Source: Cenarchaeum sp. (GTDB taxonomy: Archaea; Thermoproteota; Nitrososphaeria; Nitrososphaerales; Nitrosopumilaceae). From it: a stretch of 64,000 nucleotides of DNA. Positions 19,894 through 30,787 of this stretch are shown one piece after another. The DNA lies in contig CBDESU010000001.1 in the NCBI GenBank assembly GCA_965242695.1, positions 2,148,537-2,212,536 on the forward strand, written 5' to 3'. The notes under the pieces were generated by a model. It made no database searches. It was not told the DNA's origin and saw nothing but the letters and a program-made list of their open reading frames with translations. Made by a program: the position numbers and the translations under genes. Each line of letters starts with the position of its first letter. Positions within the stretch are counted from its first letter, which is position 1.

Positions 19894-20079
19894 ATGGCAA
19901 TGAGGGAAGTCAAACCGCTCGGCGACAAGCAGTGGGCTATGCTAGTAGAGCAGCTGGAGAAGGGACCCACACCGGAGATGGTCCATGCCGTTGAGCTTGC
20001 CCAAGAGCGCGTCAAGCACATAAAGGAGGTGGGTCCCTACGAGTTCCAAGAGCGTCGCAGGCGGGCATCAGGAGCGTGA
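19894..20079 (+). CDS. Small protein, probable antitoxin
   Basis: 61 aa; TACATAA about 28 bp upstream; sits directly before a GNAT-toxin-like fragment. Confidence 0.5.
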   Translation: MAMREVKPLGDKQWAMLVEQLEKGPTPEMVHAVELAQERVKHIKEVGPYEFQERRRRASGA

Positions 20080-20285
20080 TATCTCGCCGGTGCTTCCAGA
20101 CACCGTTCCCGATCCAAGGTTCGAGTGTCGCAACGACGAGTTCAACGAATACTACAAGGTCAACTGCTACAGCGACATGGAGGAGGGGTTGAACAGAACA
20201 TGGATGTGCGGCGACGGGCGCGGCGGCGTCCTTGGCTACCTCTCAATAGCCGCAGCGCACCCGCGCCCCGATCGCGATCCTGTCC
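20076..20285 (+). pseudogene. Truncated GNAT-family toxin (N-terminal part)
   Basis: FECRNDEFNEYY...GLNRTW...VLGYLSI resembles the N-terminus of GNAT toxins; the frame runs into repeated DNA at about 20287. Confidence 0.5.
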
Positions 20286-20457
20286 TGTGCAGCCAGCTGG
20301 GCTCGCCATCTGCAGCCGTAGGCGGCGCACGCTGGCAGATGTCGGCATCGGAGTGGGCGCCACGCAGGCTCCACGACGCCTCAGGGTGCGGTTCAGCCGC
20401 ATCCGCGTCGAACGCTACGGCGGCTACGCATGCGCTTACGCTACGGCGGTGTTCGTG

Positions 20458-20980
20458 TCAGGCAACACGGTACATTTCATTGGTGTCGTCATCGTAGGCA
20501 AGCTTGATTACGCGATAGTTGGGCGGGTAGTTGCCGTTCGCGTCGGGCTCCAGCTGGGGGTCGAGCTTTTCCAGGTCCTTCCGAAAGGCCTTTGCGAGTC
20601 CTGCCGCAAACGCCTTGTCCCAGAGCGCCAGCTTTTTATCGATCATCTCCTCGCCGTCATGATCGTCCACGTCCGGCCTGATGGTGGACGACTCTATAAT
20701 GTCTGCGATCTCGGGGAGCACGCCCAGGCCGTCAAGGGCCGCGCGCCTCCTCGAACCTGTCGATCATGTCGCACAGCACGAATCCCGCAAGGCAGAGTGG
20801 ATCGTAAAACCAAAAGTTGTTCTCATTGTCCTGTTTGACCCATTCGTCCGCCAGCGACACCGCGGTCGAATGCAGGTGGCGAAGGTCGGCAAGCACAGCC
20901 TGCCCGTCGCCGCCGCCCTGTCCAGACGACGCCCGCGCCGCGCGTTCCGCCATGTCAGCAAGCGCCAGTGCCTGGCTCAC
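20458..20980 (-). pseudogene. Disrupted copy of the 'SQALALAD' PIN-partner gene
   Basis: Split into two frames by a deletion near 20745 relative to the intact copy at 45671-46216. Confidence 0.75.
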
Positions 20981-21439
20981 GGCCGCCCCGTTCGTGGTTG
21001 CCATATGTGCCTTGCCCGCCCGTAAAAATCCTGGGAGTCGCGCCTATGCACCGGCCCGCGCCCGGCGCCGTGCCCGACCCTGTCGTCTTTTCCGATGCGG
21101 CACCCTGTGGAGCGGCAGCGGCGGTCGTGCGCGGATGCATGCCGCCCCGCAGGGCTCGGATCGTAACGCTTGGGGCAGGGCAGGAGGATCCCGAATGTGT
21201 AAGGGCGCAGCGGCCGGCGCCGTGCCAGGCCGCGTCTCGGGTGAGCATGCGGGGAAAGAGAGACGCCCCAAGTCAGCGCGGCGGCGCGAGTGCACCCCTG
21301 CGGCGGCCATTGCATCGGCCATGCAAAGCCGCGCCGCCCGGGGCCTGCCAAGGCGCGCCTGGCCTGCCATGCGGGGCCGTTCCGGCCCGGCAGAGGCGGC
21401 GGGGGGCCGCAGGCTCGGTCTGCGTGCCGGCGGCCAGAA

Positions 21440-21726
21440 GGCCGGCCGGCTGGATCGGCATAGGCCTCGGCACGGTCGGCAAGCCGAACTGGCGACGCCG
21501 CTCGGAAGGTTCAAGGCGTACCGCACGCTTGCTTGCATCGGGATCCTGTGCAAGGGACGGAGGATCGGCCTGGGAAAAGTCCCGCCTCTATTCCCAAAAA
21601 GGGCGGTCCCATCTTGGGAATCGTCATAATATCATCGCAGGACGGTCGAACGTTTTTAGCCAGTATTCGACAAAGTTTGACGGCTACAGACAGATCCTGA
21701 CCATGAAAAGGGCGGGCCGGGAGTAG
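21440..21726 (+). pseudogene. Fragment of retropepsin-like aspartyl protease gene
   Basis: Degenerate, frameshifted copy of the 3' half of 22773-23381. Confidence 0.7.
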
Positions 21727-22329
21727 ACTCCGCCTGCGGGCAGGGGCGGGGGCGGGGGCGCCCTGGCGGGGTGAGGGGCGGCAGGGGCGGCAGGGGCGGG
21801 GGGCAGGGCGACGCCCTCTGGCGCCCGGGCGGGCTCGCGCGGCGCCCCTGCCGGGTCGCCCGCAGTATCCGCCCCGCGCCGCGCGCCCGGTCGAGAGGGG
21901 CGCCGATGCAACCATTCGGCCGGCCGCGGCGCCGCGCGGCATCCGGCCTGCGCAGGCGGCGCCGGGGCGGAAAAAACTTGGACTCCGGGCAGGATGGCAG
22001 GGACGATGGCAGGGAGTCGCCTGGCCGGGCCGGGCCGGGCCGGGCCGACGCGGCGTCCGCAAAAAGGCCGCCCCTCGCCGTGCATGCGGCAGGGCGCGGA
22101 GGAGGCGCCGCTGCAACCCGCCCCTCGGCACTGTCGGGACGCCGCAGGGCTGCATGCGCGCCCCCGAGCGGGGCGGGGGCCCTGCGGGGCCTGCAAAGTC
22201 GGCTGCGCGCACACCCTCTCACTCCACCTTCTTCGGCAGCCTGCCCGCCCCGGCGCCGCACGGGCAGGGGCGTCCGAACGCGGCCTCCCGCAGGATACTG
22301 TCAAATAGGCGGCGCCGCGGCCGCGGCAG

Positions 22330-22770
22330 ATGTACCAGGAAGAGACGGTCTACAACGTGAGGCAGGCGCCGAACAGCCCGGAGGAAGAGGCCTTTTGGAA
22401 GTCGATGACGCTCAAGGACAAGGCCCCGTACAGGGGCGAGTGGATCGCCATACACGAGAGCAGGATCGTCGCGCACGGGCCCGGCCTGGACGCGGTGAAC
22501 AAGGCGGGGCGCCGGGCCGCCGGCAGGTGGCCCATGATCCGCTTCGTGTCGTTCGACAGGGGCGTCCCAGAGATGGAGTTTTACGAGGAGCTGATGCCGT
22601 GCGACCTGGATCCGTACAGGGAAGGGTGGATAGCCATACACGGGCGCAAGATCGTCGCGCACGGCAAGGACGAGCTGGAGGTGCACAAGGCGGCGCACAA
22701 GGCGACGTCGGGCACGGACTCGTTCATGTACTACATTGACAAGCCCGGCATATACTCGGTGATGGCCTGA
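22330..22770 (+). CDS. Tandem DUF5678-like domain protein
   Basis: Two YRxxWIAIHxxxIVAHG repeats; directly upstream of an aspartyl protease. Confidence 0.7.
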   Translation: MYQEETVYNVRQAPNSPEEEAFWKSMTLKDKAPYRGEWIAIHESRIVAHGPGLDAVNKAGRRAAGRWPMIRFVSFDRGVPEMEFYEELMPCDLDPYREGWIAIHGRKIVAHGKDELEVHKAAHKATSGTDSFMYYIDKPGIYSVMA

Positions 22771-22772
22771 CA

Positions 22773-23381
22773 ATGGCGCAGGAAGGCAAGCCGTGGGATC
22801 GAATGGCGTTCTGCTACGCCGGGGACGCCGAAGTGGACAGCAGGGGCGTACTGCGCACGGTGATGCGGCCGAGAATCCCGATCAGAATCACCAACGTCCG
22901 TTCGGCAAGGAGGGGCGGATCCGACCGCGGCTACGGGGCCGCCGCCCTGGCGGACTCGGGTGCCGATGCCACGTTTATCACCAGAAAGGCGGCCGACGCG
23001 ATTGGCATAGACCTTGATGCGCTGGACAAGGCGGAGCTGGCTACGCCGTTCGGAAGGTTCAAGGTGCACCGCACGCTTGTGCGCGTCGCGGTCCTGTACA
23101 GGGGGCGAAGGGTCGGCCTGGGAAAAGTCCCCGCCTCTATACCCGAAAAGGACATTGTCCAGCTGGGGAATCGCCCGTACGTCGTCATGGGGCGGTCGAA
23201 TGTCTTTAATCAGTACTCGGTAAAGTTTGACGACTACAGACAGATACTGACCACGGAAAGAATAGCTTCAGGACAGGCTCCGCCTGCGGGCGCGGACGCG
23301 GCGCAGGCCGTCGGCGCCCTGGCGGGAGGGGGCGGCGCTCTGCCGCGCGGGGAGCGGCCGGCACGGCGCGCCGCTGCCTAG
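22773..23381 (+). CDS. Retropepsin-like (clan AA) aspartyl protease
   Basis: RPRIPI...ALADSGADATFI (DSG motif)...VVMGR..VF. Confidence 0.8.
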   Translation: MAQEGKPWDRMAFCYAGDAEVDSRGVLRTVMRPRIPIRITNVRSARRGGSDRGYGAAALADSGADATFITRKAADAIGIDLDALDKAELATPFGRFKVHRTLVRVAVLYRGRRVGLGKVPASIPEKDIVQLGNRPYVVMGRSNVFNQYSVKFDDYRQILTTERIASGQAPPAGADAAQAVGALAGGGGALPRGERPARRAAA

Positions 23382-23815
23382 CGCATCGCCGTCCGGCAGC
23401 GCGCAGAGCGGCGCATTCCGCCCGCATGCGGCCCCGCCGAAGCAGGGGCGCCAGCGGCATTCGCCAAGGGCGCGCGGCGCCTTTCGCGGCGACGGTCGCG
23501 GCCCATTTGCGGCCGGGGCGGCATCGGCGCAGGGCGCCGCGGCATTGCCCCCTCCCCTCTTTGCCGGCAAGTGCCCAACGATTGATATGCGCGCCCCGGC
23601 CGGCCGCGGCCGTGTCGGTGCACCGTACCGGGGCCGGCGGCCGCCCCGCCGGGCGGCGCGCGGCCGGAGATGCGCGCGGCCCAGATGGGCCGGGCGAGGC
23701 GCCCGCCGCAGGGGCGCGTGGCGCGTCCCCCCGGCGCAGGCGGGAACGGCCGGCAGGGCCCGAGCCGTCGTCCCCGAGCAGGGGAGCGCGCAGTCCGGGG
23801 AGCCCCGCGGGGAAT

Positions 23816-24688
23816 ATGGAGCTTGACGGCCAGACCGTTCACTTTGCCGACTCCCGCGACATGTCGTTCATCGAGGACAACTCGGTCGACTTCATCATGA
23901 CGAGCCCCCCGTACTGGAACCTAAAGGACTACGGCCACAGCGGGCAGATCGGGCAGTGCGGGTACGAAGAGTACCTGGAGCAGCTCAACGCGGTATGGGA
24001 CGAGTGCTACAGGGTCGCAAAGCCGAGCGCCGTGTTTGTCCTCAACGTCGGAAACCGGCGGCACGACAGGACGTACCGCCCGATAGGGTTCGACGTGTAC
24101 GCCAGGATGCAAAGGTGGACCCTGTGGGACACGCTCATATGGTACATACCAAACGCCCTCCCCCAGCCGGCATCGTACATAGAGCGGCTGTTCGACAACA
24201 AGTACGAGTTTTTGCTCATGTTCACAAAGGACGGCGGGCGCAGCGAATACACGTTCCACAAGCCGCGCGTGCCGAACAAGTACAGGGACGCCGACCCGCG
24301 AAGGCACAAGATGAACGAGAGGGGCAGGTGCCTCGGGAACATCGTGCGCATCCCCGCGTACAGGCCACCCAACGTCAGGTCCATGAACTACCACATCGCC
24401 TCGTACCCCGAGGAGCTCGTGTCGCTCATGCTGCATACGATGACGGACGCCGGCGACACGGTCCTGGACCCCTTCCTCGGGTCGGGCACCACCCTGAAGG
24501 TGGCGCGGGCGATGGGGCGGAGGGGGATGGGCGTCGAGATCAACGAAGACTACCGGCCCGTCATACGGGGAAAGATTGCCGAGAAGTTCGCCGTCCCCGA
24601 CTGGAGGACGGTCGACATAATGCACTCGACGACGATGGAGACGGGCATGGCGGCGCCGAGAAAGGCCCACCTGCTCAGGGAGGGGTGA
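23816..24688 (+). CDS. Site-specific DNA methyltransferase (N4-C/N6-A, beta class)
   Basis: TSPPY (motif IV) N-terminal; VLDPFLGSGTT (motif I) C-terminal. Confidence 0.9.
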   Translation: MELDGQTVHFADSRDMSFIEDNSVDFIMTSPPYWNLKDYGHSGQIGQCGYEEYLEQLNAVWDECYRVAKPSAVFVLNVGNRRHDRTYRPIGFDVYARMQRWTLWDTLIWYIPNALPQPASYIERLFDNKYEFLLMFTKDGGRSEYTFHKPRVPNKYRDADPRRHKMNERGRCLGNIVRIPAYRPPNVRSMNYHIASYPEELVSLMLHTMTDAGDTVLDPFLGSGTTLKVARAMGRRGMGVEINEDYRPVIRGKIAEKFAVPDWRTVDIMHSTTMETGMAAPRKAHLLREG

Positions 24689-25169
24689 GCGGCGCGGCCG
24701 CCCGAGGGCGGGCGCGCCGGGCTTCCTGCCCGCGCGCGGGATCGCGCCGCCGATCCCCCCCTTCATGTCTTTCAGGATCTGGCGGCCGCGCCAGAGCCGC
24801 CCTAGATCTTTTGCAATGTCACGGCCGCGCAAGGGGGCAGAGGCCCAATTCGGAATGTGGGCGCGCCAAGCCTAGGCGGGGGGGGGGATCGCACTGCAAA
24901 GAAACACAGTCCGCTGCGCCAAGCGGCCCGGCGGCCGCGACCCTGCGCAGGCCATAGCCATGAACACAGGTTTCCGGCCCTTGCACGGGCGTCAATCCGG
25001 CGCGATGCAGGAAAAAAAAAGGCCGCGAATACGTGCCCGCTGCTGTGCGGGCATCTGCGGGAACGGAATCTTGGCCTCGATCCGATCCGCGGCCTCGCCG
25101 GCCGCTCTGCGGCGGTCGTCCCCGAGCCTGCCCGCCGCGGTGCCGCGCCCGCATGCTCGTCGGGCAGGA

Positions 25170-25411
25170 ATCACTGTAGCCCTTGAGCACCCGTCGCATC
25201 TCCCCCGACTCGCCCGCTCCCCTCAAGGTGGCTCCAGGGCGCGCGCCCCGTCTCCTTGACGGGCCGGCAGCTTATCCTGTGCACAGAGTAGAACAGCGCG
25301 GCAATCTTCCAGTCGCAGGCATCGTTGGGCCGAGTGGTGCAGAGCCGCTCGCAGAACCGCCGGCTGCACCCGCTTTGCCCCCGTACCATTCCGACGCGGG
25401 GGACGCGTTAT
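25170..25411 (-). pseudogene. HEPN-like partner, pair 1 (degraded)
   Basis: DWKIAALFYSVHRI remnant; start codon lost, frameshifted. Confidence 0.6.
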
Positions 25412-25710
25412 TGCACGGCCTCCCTTTCGTAGATGACCTTGCTGTCGGCGAGGATGCCCTCGGGCAGGTCTGGTCCGTCGTTGATTTCCAGCGGGCTGAT
25501 CATGCGATCGCGTATCTCTCGTCCAATCTCCCTTCCCCTGTCTCCGATCTCGCGAATGGTCTTGCTCACCCTGCCAGGATCGTCGTCGTGCACGACCAGG
25601 ACGGTCACCTCCCGCCCGTCGTCGATGTACCCCACCCTCTTGACATAGTCGAGGCTGCATATCTTCTCGGCTATGAGCGACTCCAGCATCGATACCTGCA
25701 GCGCCGGCAT
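25408..25710 (-). CDS. MNT-like small protein, pair 1
   Basis: ESLIxEKICxLxYVxxVGYIDDG...SKVIYER family. Confidence 0.7.
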   Translation of the reverse strand: MPALQVSMLESLIAEKICSLDYVKRVGYIDDGREVTVLVVHDDDPGRVSKTIREIGDRGREIGREIRDRMISPLEINDGPDLPEGILADSKVIYEREAVQ

Positions 25711-25921
25711 CGGGCGGCTGGCACGCGTGGACTTGATAAGGCTTCGGGGCCGGGCGCCGCCTTGCCGTCGGCGCCCCGTTGCGCGGGGCGCGCGGGGCGC
25801 GCGGGCCGCGGGCGGGAGGGCAGGGGAGGGCCGGGGAGGGCGGGCCGGAGGCGGCGTGCCCGCGCCCTCCCGCCGCGCGCGGGGTTGAAGGCCTAAATAG
25901 CAACCTGCCGCGCCCGGCCGC

Positions 25922-26344
25922 GTGAGGCCCGACCCCGAGACGTGCTCGCGCCAGCCCGTGTACCTGGGCGTCGTCAACATCAACGTGCAGGAGCGCACCA
26001 TAGGCTCGGTCGACGTGTGGCACTGCGGCGCGTGCAAAAAGCGGTTCTGCGAGGAAAAGCAGCTCGGCATAGAGGCGCTCGCCGAGCAGGTCGGCATGCC
26101 AAGGATTGCGCCCGGCGAGAGGTGGGGCGTCGTCGTCTGCCGCCTGCAAAAGGGCAGGGACAGGTGGCGCCTGGCGCGGCTCGCCGAGTCCGGCCACGTG
26201 CCCCACGAGTGCCTTGGGGAGCAACAGGTCCGCCTCCCCGTCAAAGACTATGCCGTCGTCGACGACGGAAGCGAGGGCGGGCCGCCCGGCACGCACTGGA
26301 GCTTTTTGATCGACGATCACCTGAACAAGGCGGTCGAGATATGA
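25922..26344 (+). CDS. Hypothetical protein with CxxC
   Basis: TAAATA about 28 bp upstream; normal amino-acid composition; HCGAC motif. Confidence 0.7.
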   Translation: MRPDPETCSRQPVYLGVVNINVQERTIGSVDVWHCGACKKRFCEEKQLGIEALAEQVGMPRIAPGERWGVVVCRLQKGRDRWRLARLAESGHVPHECLGEQQVRLPVKDYAVVDDGSEGGPPGTHWSFLIDDHLNKAVEI

Positions 26345-26724
26345 TGGGCGGGGAGGCCGCCTGCGGAGACGGCGACAACTGCTGCGGCGATGCGCCGGCC
26401 AGGATGGGCCTCGATGCCGCCCCGGGAACGGCCGCCGGGATAGGCGCAGTGCGCATATCCGACGTGCGCGGCACGCAGATGGCGGCCGAGGTCGAGGGCA
26501 CGTTCGAGGTCGGCGGCGAGCCGCTCGCCTTTACGGCCATTGCGTTCGGGCGCATAGGGGGCCAGAACATCGGGGCAAGGCTCGGCGCTGACACGGAGGC
26601 GCGCCTCAGGGAGATGGGGCGCGACCCCGAAGAGACCGTACTGGCGCTGCAGCAGATGCTGGTGCGCGGCGACATCGAGATACCAGACGGCGTGACAAGG
26701 GAGACGTTCGCCGACCGCCCGTGA
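26341..26724 (+). CDS. Hypothetical protein
   Basis: ATGA overlap with the previous gene; FTAIAFGRIGGQNIG segment; exact start uncertain. Confidence 0.65.
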   Translation: MMGGEAACGDGDNCCGDAPARMGLDAAPGTAAGIGAVRISDVRGTQMAAEVEGTFEVGGEPLAFTAIAFGRIGGQNIGARLGADTEARLREMGRDPEETVLALQQMLVRGDIEIPDGVTRETFADRP

Positions 26725-26728
26725 GCCG

Positions 26729-27553
26729 TCAGAGCTCGGCGTCGGCCAGGGCGTCTGCGCACCCGCAGCCCCTCGTGTCCGGCACGCTGCCGATCGCCTC
26801 GGCCAGCACGGCCCTCGTCTTCTCGACGTTGGCCGACAGGGTGGCGAGCACCTCTTTTGCCGTGACGGGGCGGTCGGCCCACACGTCGTAGTCCGTCACG
26901 GACGACACGGACGCGTAGCACACCTGCGCCTCGCGCGCGAGCTGGCACTCGGGGACGAGCGTCATGCCGATGATGTCGGCGCCGAGGCCGCGGAACATGC
27001 GCGACTCGGCGCGCGTCGAAAACCGGGGCCCCTCGATGCACGCGTATGTGCACCCGTCGCGGATGCGCGCGCCGGCCCGAGACGCCGCGTCTGCCACCGT
27101 CCGGCGCAGCTCGGGGCAGAACGGGTCGGCCACGGATATGTGGACGACGCGGCCGTTCTCGCCGCCGCCGAACGTGCCCGTACGGGTCCGGGTAAAGTCG
27201 ATGAACTGGTCGGGGGATGCGAGGTCGCCCGGCTCTATCTCCTCGCGCAGGCTGCCGACGGCCGACGGGGACAGTATGCGGGTGACGCCGAGGCTCTTCA
27301 TGGCCCACACGTTGGCCCTGTAGTTTATCATGTGCGGGGCGATCGTGTGCCCCCGGCCGTGGCGCGGCATGAACGCGACGCGCCGGCCGTTGTACGAGCC
27401 GACCGTGATGGAGTCGGACGGCCTGCCGTACGGCGTGTCGACGTCGACCTGCTCGGCATCCTCGAGCAGGCCAGAGTCGTAGATTCCGGTGCCTCCGAAT
27501 ATGCCGATCTCGGCGGCGGCACCGCCCCTGCCTTCGCCCGCCATCCCGCGCAC
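26729..27553 (-). CDS. mtnP: S-methyl-5'-thioadenosine phosphorylase
   Basis: [42 protein letters not shown] and VTDYD motifs. Confidence 0.95.
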   Translation of the reverse strand: MRGMAGEGRGGAAAEIGIFGGTGIYDSGLLEDAEQVDVDTPYGRPSDSITVGSYNGRRVAFMPRHGRGHTIAPHMINYRANVWAMKSLGVTRILSPSAVGSLREEIEPGDLASPDQFIDFTRTRTGTFGGGENGRVVHISVADPFCPELRRTVADAASRAGARIRDGCTYACIEGPRFSTRAESRMFRGLGADIIGMTLVPECQLAREAQVCYASVSSVTDYDVWADRPVTAKEVLATLSANVEKTRAVLAEAIGSVPDTRGCGCADALADAEL

Positions 27554-27556
27554 CGC

Positions 27557-28069
27557 CTAGTACCTGACGAGCGAGTGCACGGGGTACCGCGACAGCCTCG
27601 ATGCGCCGCCGAGCTCGGTCAGCTCGGCGACGAACACGAGGCCGGCGACGCGCCCGCCGGCCCTCTCGACTAGGCCGGCCGCGGCCTCGGCCGTCCCGCC
27701 CGTCGCGAGCAGGTCGTCGCACACGAGGATGCGCTGGCCGGGCGCGACGGCGCCTTCCTGGATCTCGATCGTGTCGCGCCCGTACTCTATCTCGTACGAC
27801 GCCTGCAGCGTCCTGCCGGGGAGCTTGCCTGCCTTGCGGATCATGACCATCCCCTTGCCGTACCTGACGGCCGCGGCGGCGGCCACGACGAACCCGCGCG
27901 CGTCGATGCCGGCCACGGCGTCGAAGGCGTTGTGGTGGAAGCGCCTCTCGATCTCGTCGAGGGCGAGCGAGACGGCCTGCGGGTCGGCCAGGAGCGGGCC
28001 AAAGTCGCGGAACAGCACGCCGGGCTTTGGAAAGTCGGGGTGCTCGGATATCGCGTCGCGCAGGTTCAC
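27557..28069 (-). CDS. apt: Adenine phosphoribosyltransferase
   Basis: PDFPKPGVLFRD, IDARGF, RKAGKLPG, EYG and DDLLATGGT motifs. Confidence 0.95.
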   Translation of the reverse strand: MNLRDAISEHPDFPKPGVLFRDFGPLLADPQAVSLALDEIERRFHHNAFDAVAGIDARGFVVAAAAAVRYGKGMVMIRKAGKLPGRTLQASYEIEYGRDTIEIQEGAVAPGQRILVCDDLLATGGTAEAAAGLVERAGGRVAGLVFVAELTELGGASRLSRYPVHSLVRY

Positions 28070-28311
28070 GGCGGGGCGCCCGATCGGGCCGATAAATACC
28101 ATGGACGGCGGGCGGGCGGGCGGGCGGGCGGCGTCCTTGCTCAGGAGGCGCAGGCGGCAGGCTCTGGCGCGCGCCGGGCCGCGGCCGTGCATGGATGCGG
28201 TTCGACCCCTTGGCCGCGGGCCGGGGGGACGCCGGGCGCAGGGCGCACGCGGCACGCACGGTTGCATCAGGCCTCCTGCCTCTCCAGGCTAGCGATCGCG
28301 GCTCGCGCAGG

Positions 28312-28667
28312 CTAGATGGAAGCTTTTCCTCTATGTTGCGCAGCGGCTCGTCGGCCGCCTGGCGTGGTCGTCGCTGCGCCTGAACTCCTCGCAGTACCGC
28401 GCCCGAGTGCTCGTCATATGGAGATCGCCGTACTCGTCGCGCGCCTGAGGCAGATTGTGCCTGACCCGCCGGTTCCTCTCAAAACGGTTTTGGAGGGCCC
28501 GTCCGTCTGCCCGACAAGCGGAAGTTTATCCTGTGCAGCCCCGAGCAGAACCGCGCGTTCACCTTCCAGACACGGAATTTGTCGGGGCAGGCCACCTGAA
28601 CCAGCTCGTAGAAGGCCCGGTTGTGCTCGCTCTGCTCCCTGTACCATTCCAGCGTCGGAGGCGTCAT
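28312..28667 (-). pseudogene. HEPN-like partner, pair 2 (frameshifted)
   Basis: MTPPTLEWYREQSEHNRAFYE... followed by frame disruption. Confidence 0.65.
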
Positions 28668-28969
28668 TGCCTGGCCTCCCGCTCGTAGATGACCTTGCTG
28701 TCGGCAAGAATGCCCTCTGGCAGGTCGGGGCCGTCGTGGATGGACAGCGGGCTGATCATGCGATCGCGTATTTCCCTCCCGATCGCCCGCCCCCCGTTGC
28801 CGATGCCGCGGACTATTGCAAGGTCCCTGTCTGGATCGTGGTCGTGTATGACCAGGATGGTCACCTCCACGCTCCCGTCGTCGATGTATCCGACCTTTGA
28901 GACGTACTCTAGGCTGCATATCTTCTCGAGTATGAGCGACTCGAGCCTAGACACCTGTATCGTCGACAA
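28664..28969 (-). CDS. MNT-like small protein, pair 2
   Basis: Family paralog; TTAATA upstream. Confidence 0.7.
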   Translation of the reverse strand: MSTIQVSRLESLILEKICSLEYVSKVGYIDDGSVEVTILVIHDHDPDRDLAIVRGIGNGGRAIGREIRDRMISPLSIHDGPDLPEGILADSKVIYEREARQ

Positions 28970-29289
28970 CGGGCGCACGGCACACGGCGCCCTATTAAGT
29001 CATCCGATGCAGGATCTGGCGCGCCCGGCGGGCACATGCGGCCTCCACTCGAATGTGTGCATGGGCGCCGCGGGCGGCAGTGCGGGGCAGGCGGCCGAAG
29101 AGCAGGGGACTCGAGGCGGTGCATGGCGGGAGGCAAACGGTAGACGCAGGCGCGACGGCGGCGAGGCGGAAATCTCTGCAACCGGTCGACGTCAAGATCG
29201 TCCAAGGCCAGTGATGTCCTGCATTGGAGGCACTGCGCCCGCGCGCCGGCCGGCCCGGCGGCCGTGGCCCCGCGCGGGCCACCGGAACG

Positions 29290-29634
29290 GAGTCTTGCCC
29301 CCGATCCCGTCCGCCGACTCAACGACGGACCTGCGGCGGGCATCCTTGGGTCTGTGCCCCTAGCGGCACCGCGCCTGCGTGCTCACCAAGTGAGATCGCC
29401 GCAGCCTTTGCGCATACGTGGCGGCACGCAGTCGACCCTTCAGTTTCTTCTAAAGTGACTCTAGATCGCCCGCCCCGTCTGCATGGCGAGCCAGTAGTTT
29501 GCCCTGTGCAGCCACGAGAACATCGCGCCCGCCTTCCAGCAGTGGCCTCCTCCACTAGGCAGCCCAAGGCCGCTCGTAGGTATCCGGCAGTACTCGCTCT
29601 GCCCCCTGTGCCACCCCGGCGTCGGGGCCGTCAT
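29290..29634 (-). pseudogene. HEPN-like partner, pair 3 (degraded)
   Basis: MTAPTPGW...LHRANYWL with a premature stop. Confidence 0.6.
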
Positions 29635-29927
29635 TGCCCGGCCTCCCGCTCGTAGATGACCTTGCTGTCGGCAATGTCGTCCTTGGTCGAGTCGGGGATT
29701 GGCAGCGCGGTGATCATGCGACCGGGCATCTCGTCCTCGATCGCCGTCCCTCCGTCGCCGATGCCGCGGACTATTGCAAGATCCCTGTCGGGATCGTGGT
29801 CGTGGACGACCAGGATGAACACCTCTTCGCTCCCGTCGTCGATGTACCCGACCTTTGAGACGTACTCCAAGCCGCATATCTTTTCGAGTATGAGCGACTC
29901 CAGCTTGGACGCGCGCGCCGTCGACAT
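29631..29927 (-). CDS. MNT-like small protein, pair 3
   Basis: Family paralog; TTAATA upstream. Confidence 0.7.
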   Translation of the reverse strand: MSTARASKLESLILEKICGLEYVSKVGYIDDGSEEVFILVVHDHDPDRDLAIVRGIGDGGTAIEDEMPGRMITALPIPDSTKDDIADSKVIYEREAGQ

Positions 29928-30113
29928 TGTGTGCCCTGCGCACGCCTCCCTATTAAGGAGCATGAACGACGGATCCGGAGCACTCGGCTGGCGCCTGCAC
30001 CCTGCGCCAGTTGTGCGAGTATGAGTGTCGGAGGGAGCGGATTGGGCTGCCTGCGGCAACGGCGGCCTGTCTCCGCAGGCCGCCGCCAGGCTGGAGGCGT
30101 CCAGCGGACGCCC

Positions 30114-30485
30114 TCACGGAGCAATCTGGAACGGAAGCATCACCTCTATGCGGCATAGCTGCTCGTAGGCGGACTTGTGGCGGTAGTCCTTGAGCCTGTG
30201 CCCCTCGCGGTACCGCGCCCGCATGCTCAGTAGGTAGAGATCACCGTAGTCGACGCGCACCTGCGGCATCTCGCCCCTGACCCGTCGGTTCCTCTCGGCA
30301 TGGTTTCGGGGCGCCCACCCCGTCTGCATGACGAGCCAGTAGTTTATCCTGTGCAGGGCAGAATAGAACAGCGCGTTCACTTTCCAGTTGTGAAATTTGT
30401 CGGGCCATGTCGCCTGAACCAGCTCGTAGAAGGCCCTGTTGTACTCGCTCTGCTCCCTGTGTCATTCCAGCGCCGGGGCCGTCAT
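30114..30485 (-). pseudogene. HEPN-like partner, pair 4 (nonsense at Trp8)
   Basis: Trp8 TGG reads TGA at 30462-30464; the rest of the frame is intact. Confidence 0.75.
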
Positions 30486-30787
30486 TTCTTGGCCCCCCGC
30501 TCGTAGATGACCTTGCTGTCGGCAAGAATGCCCTCTGGCAGGTCGGGGCCGTCGTGGATTGCAAGCGGGCTGATCATGCGATCGGGCATCTCATCCTCGA
30601 TCGCCCGTCCCCCGTCGCCGATGCCGCGGACTATTGCGCTGTCCCTGTCGGGATCGTCGTCGTGTACGACCAGGATGGTCACCTCTTCGCTCCCGTCGTC
30701 GATGTACCCGACCTTTGAGACGTACTCCAAGCCGCATATCTTCCCTAGTATGAGCGACTCTAGCTTTGAGACCTGTACCGTCGACAT
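30482..30787 (-). CDS. MNT-like small protein, pair 4
   Basis: Family paralog; TTAATA upstream. Confidence 0.7.
   Translation of the reverse strand: MSTVQVSKLESLILGKICGLEYVSKVGYIDDGSEEVTILVVHDDDPDRDSAIVRGIGDGGRAIEDEMPDRMISPLAIHDGPDLPEGILADSKVIYERGAKK

Noticed and set aside
20817-22310. Many long Arg/Pro/Gly/Ala-rich ORFs here and in similar GC-rich stretches (e.g. 23380-23810, 42890-43740, 45080-45660, 46990-47700)
   Set aside because: These are shadow ORFs expected in very GC-rich DNA. They overlap in all frames, show no motifs and are not frame-conserved between repeat copies.
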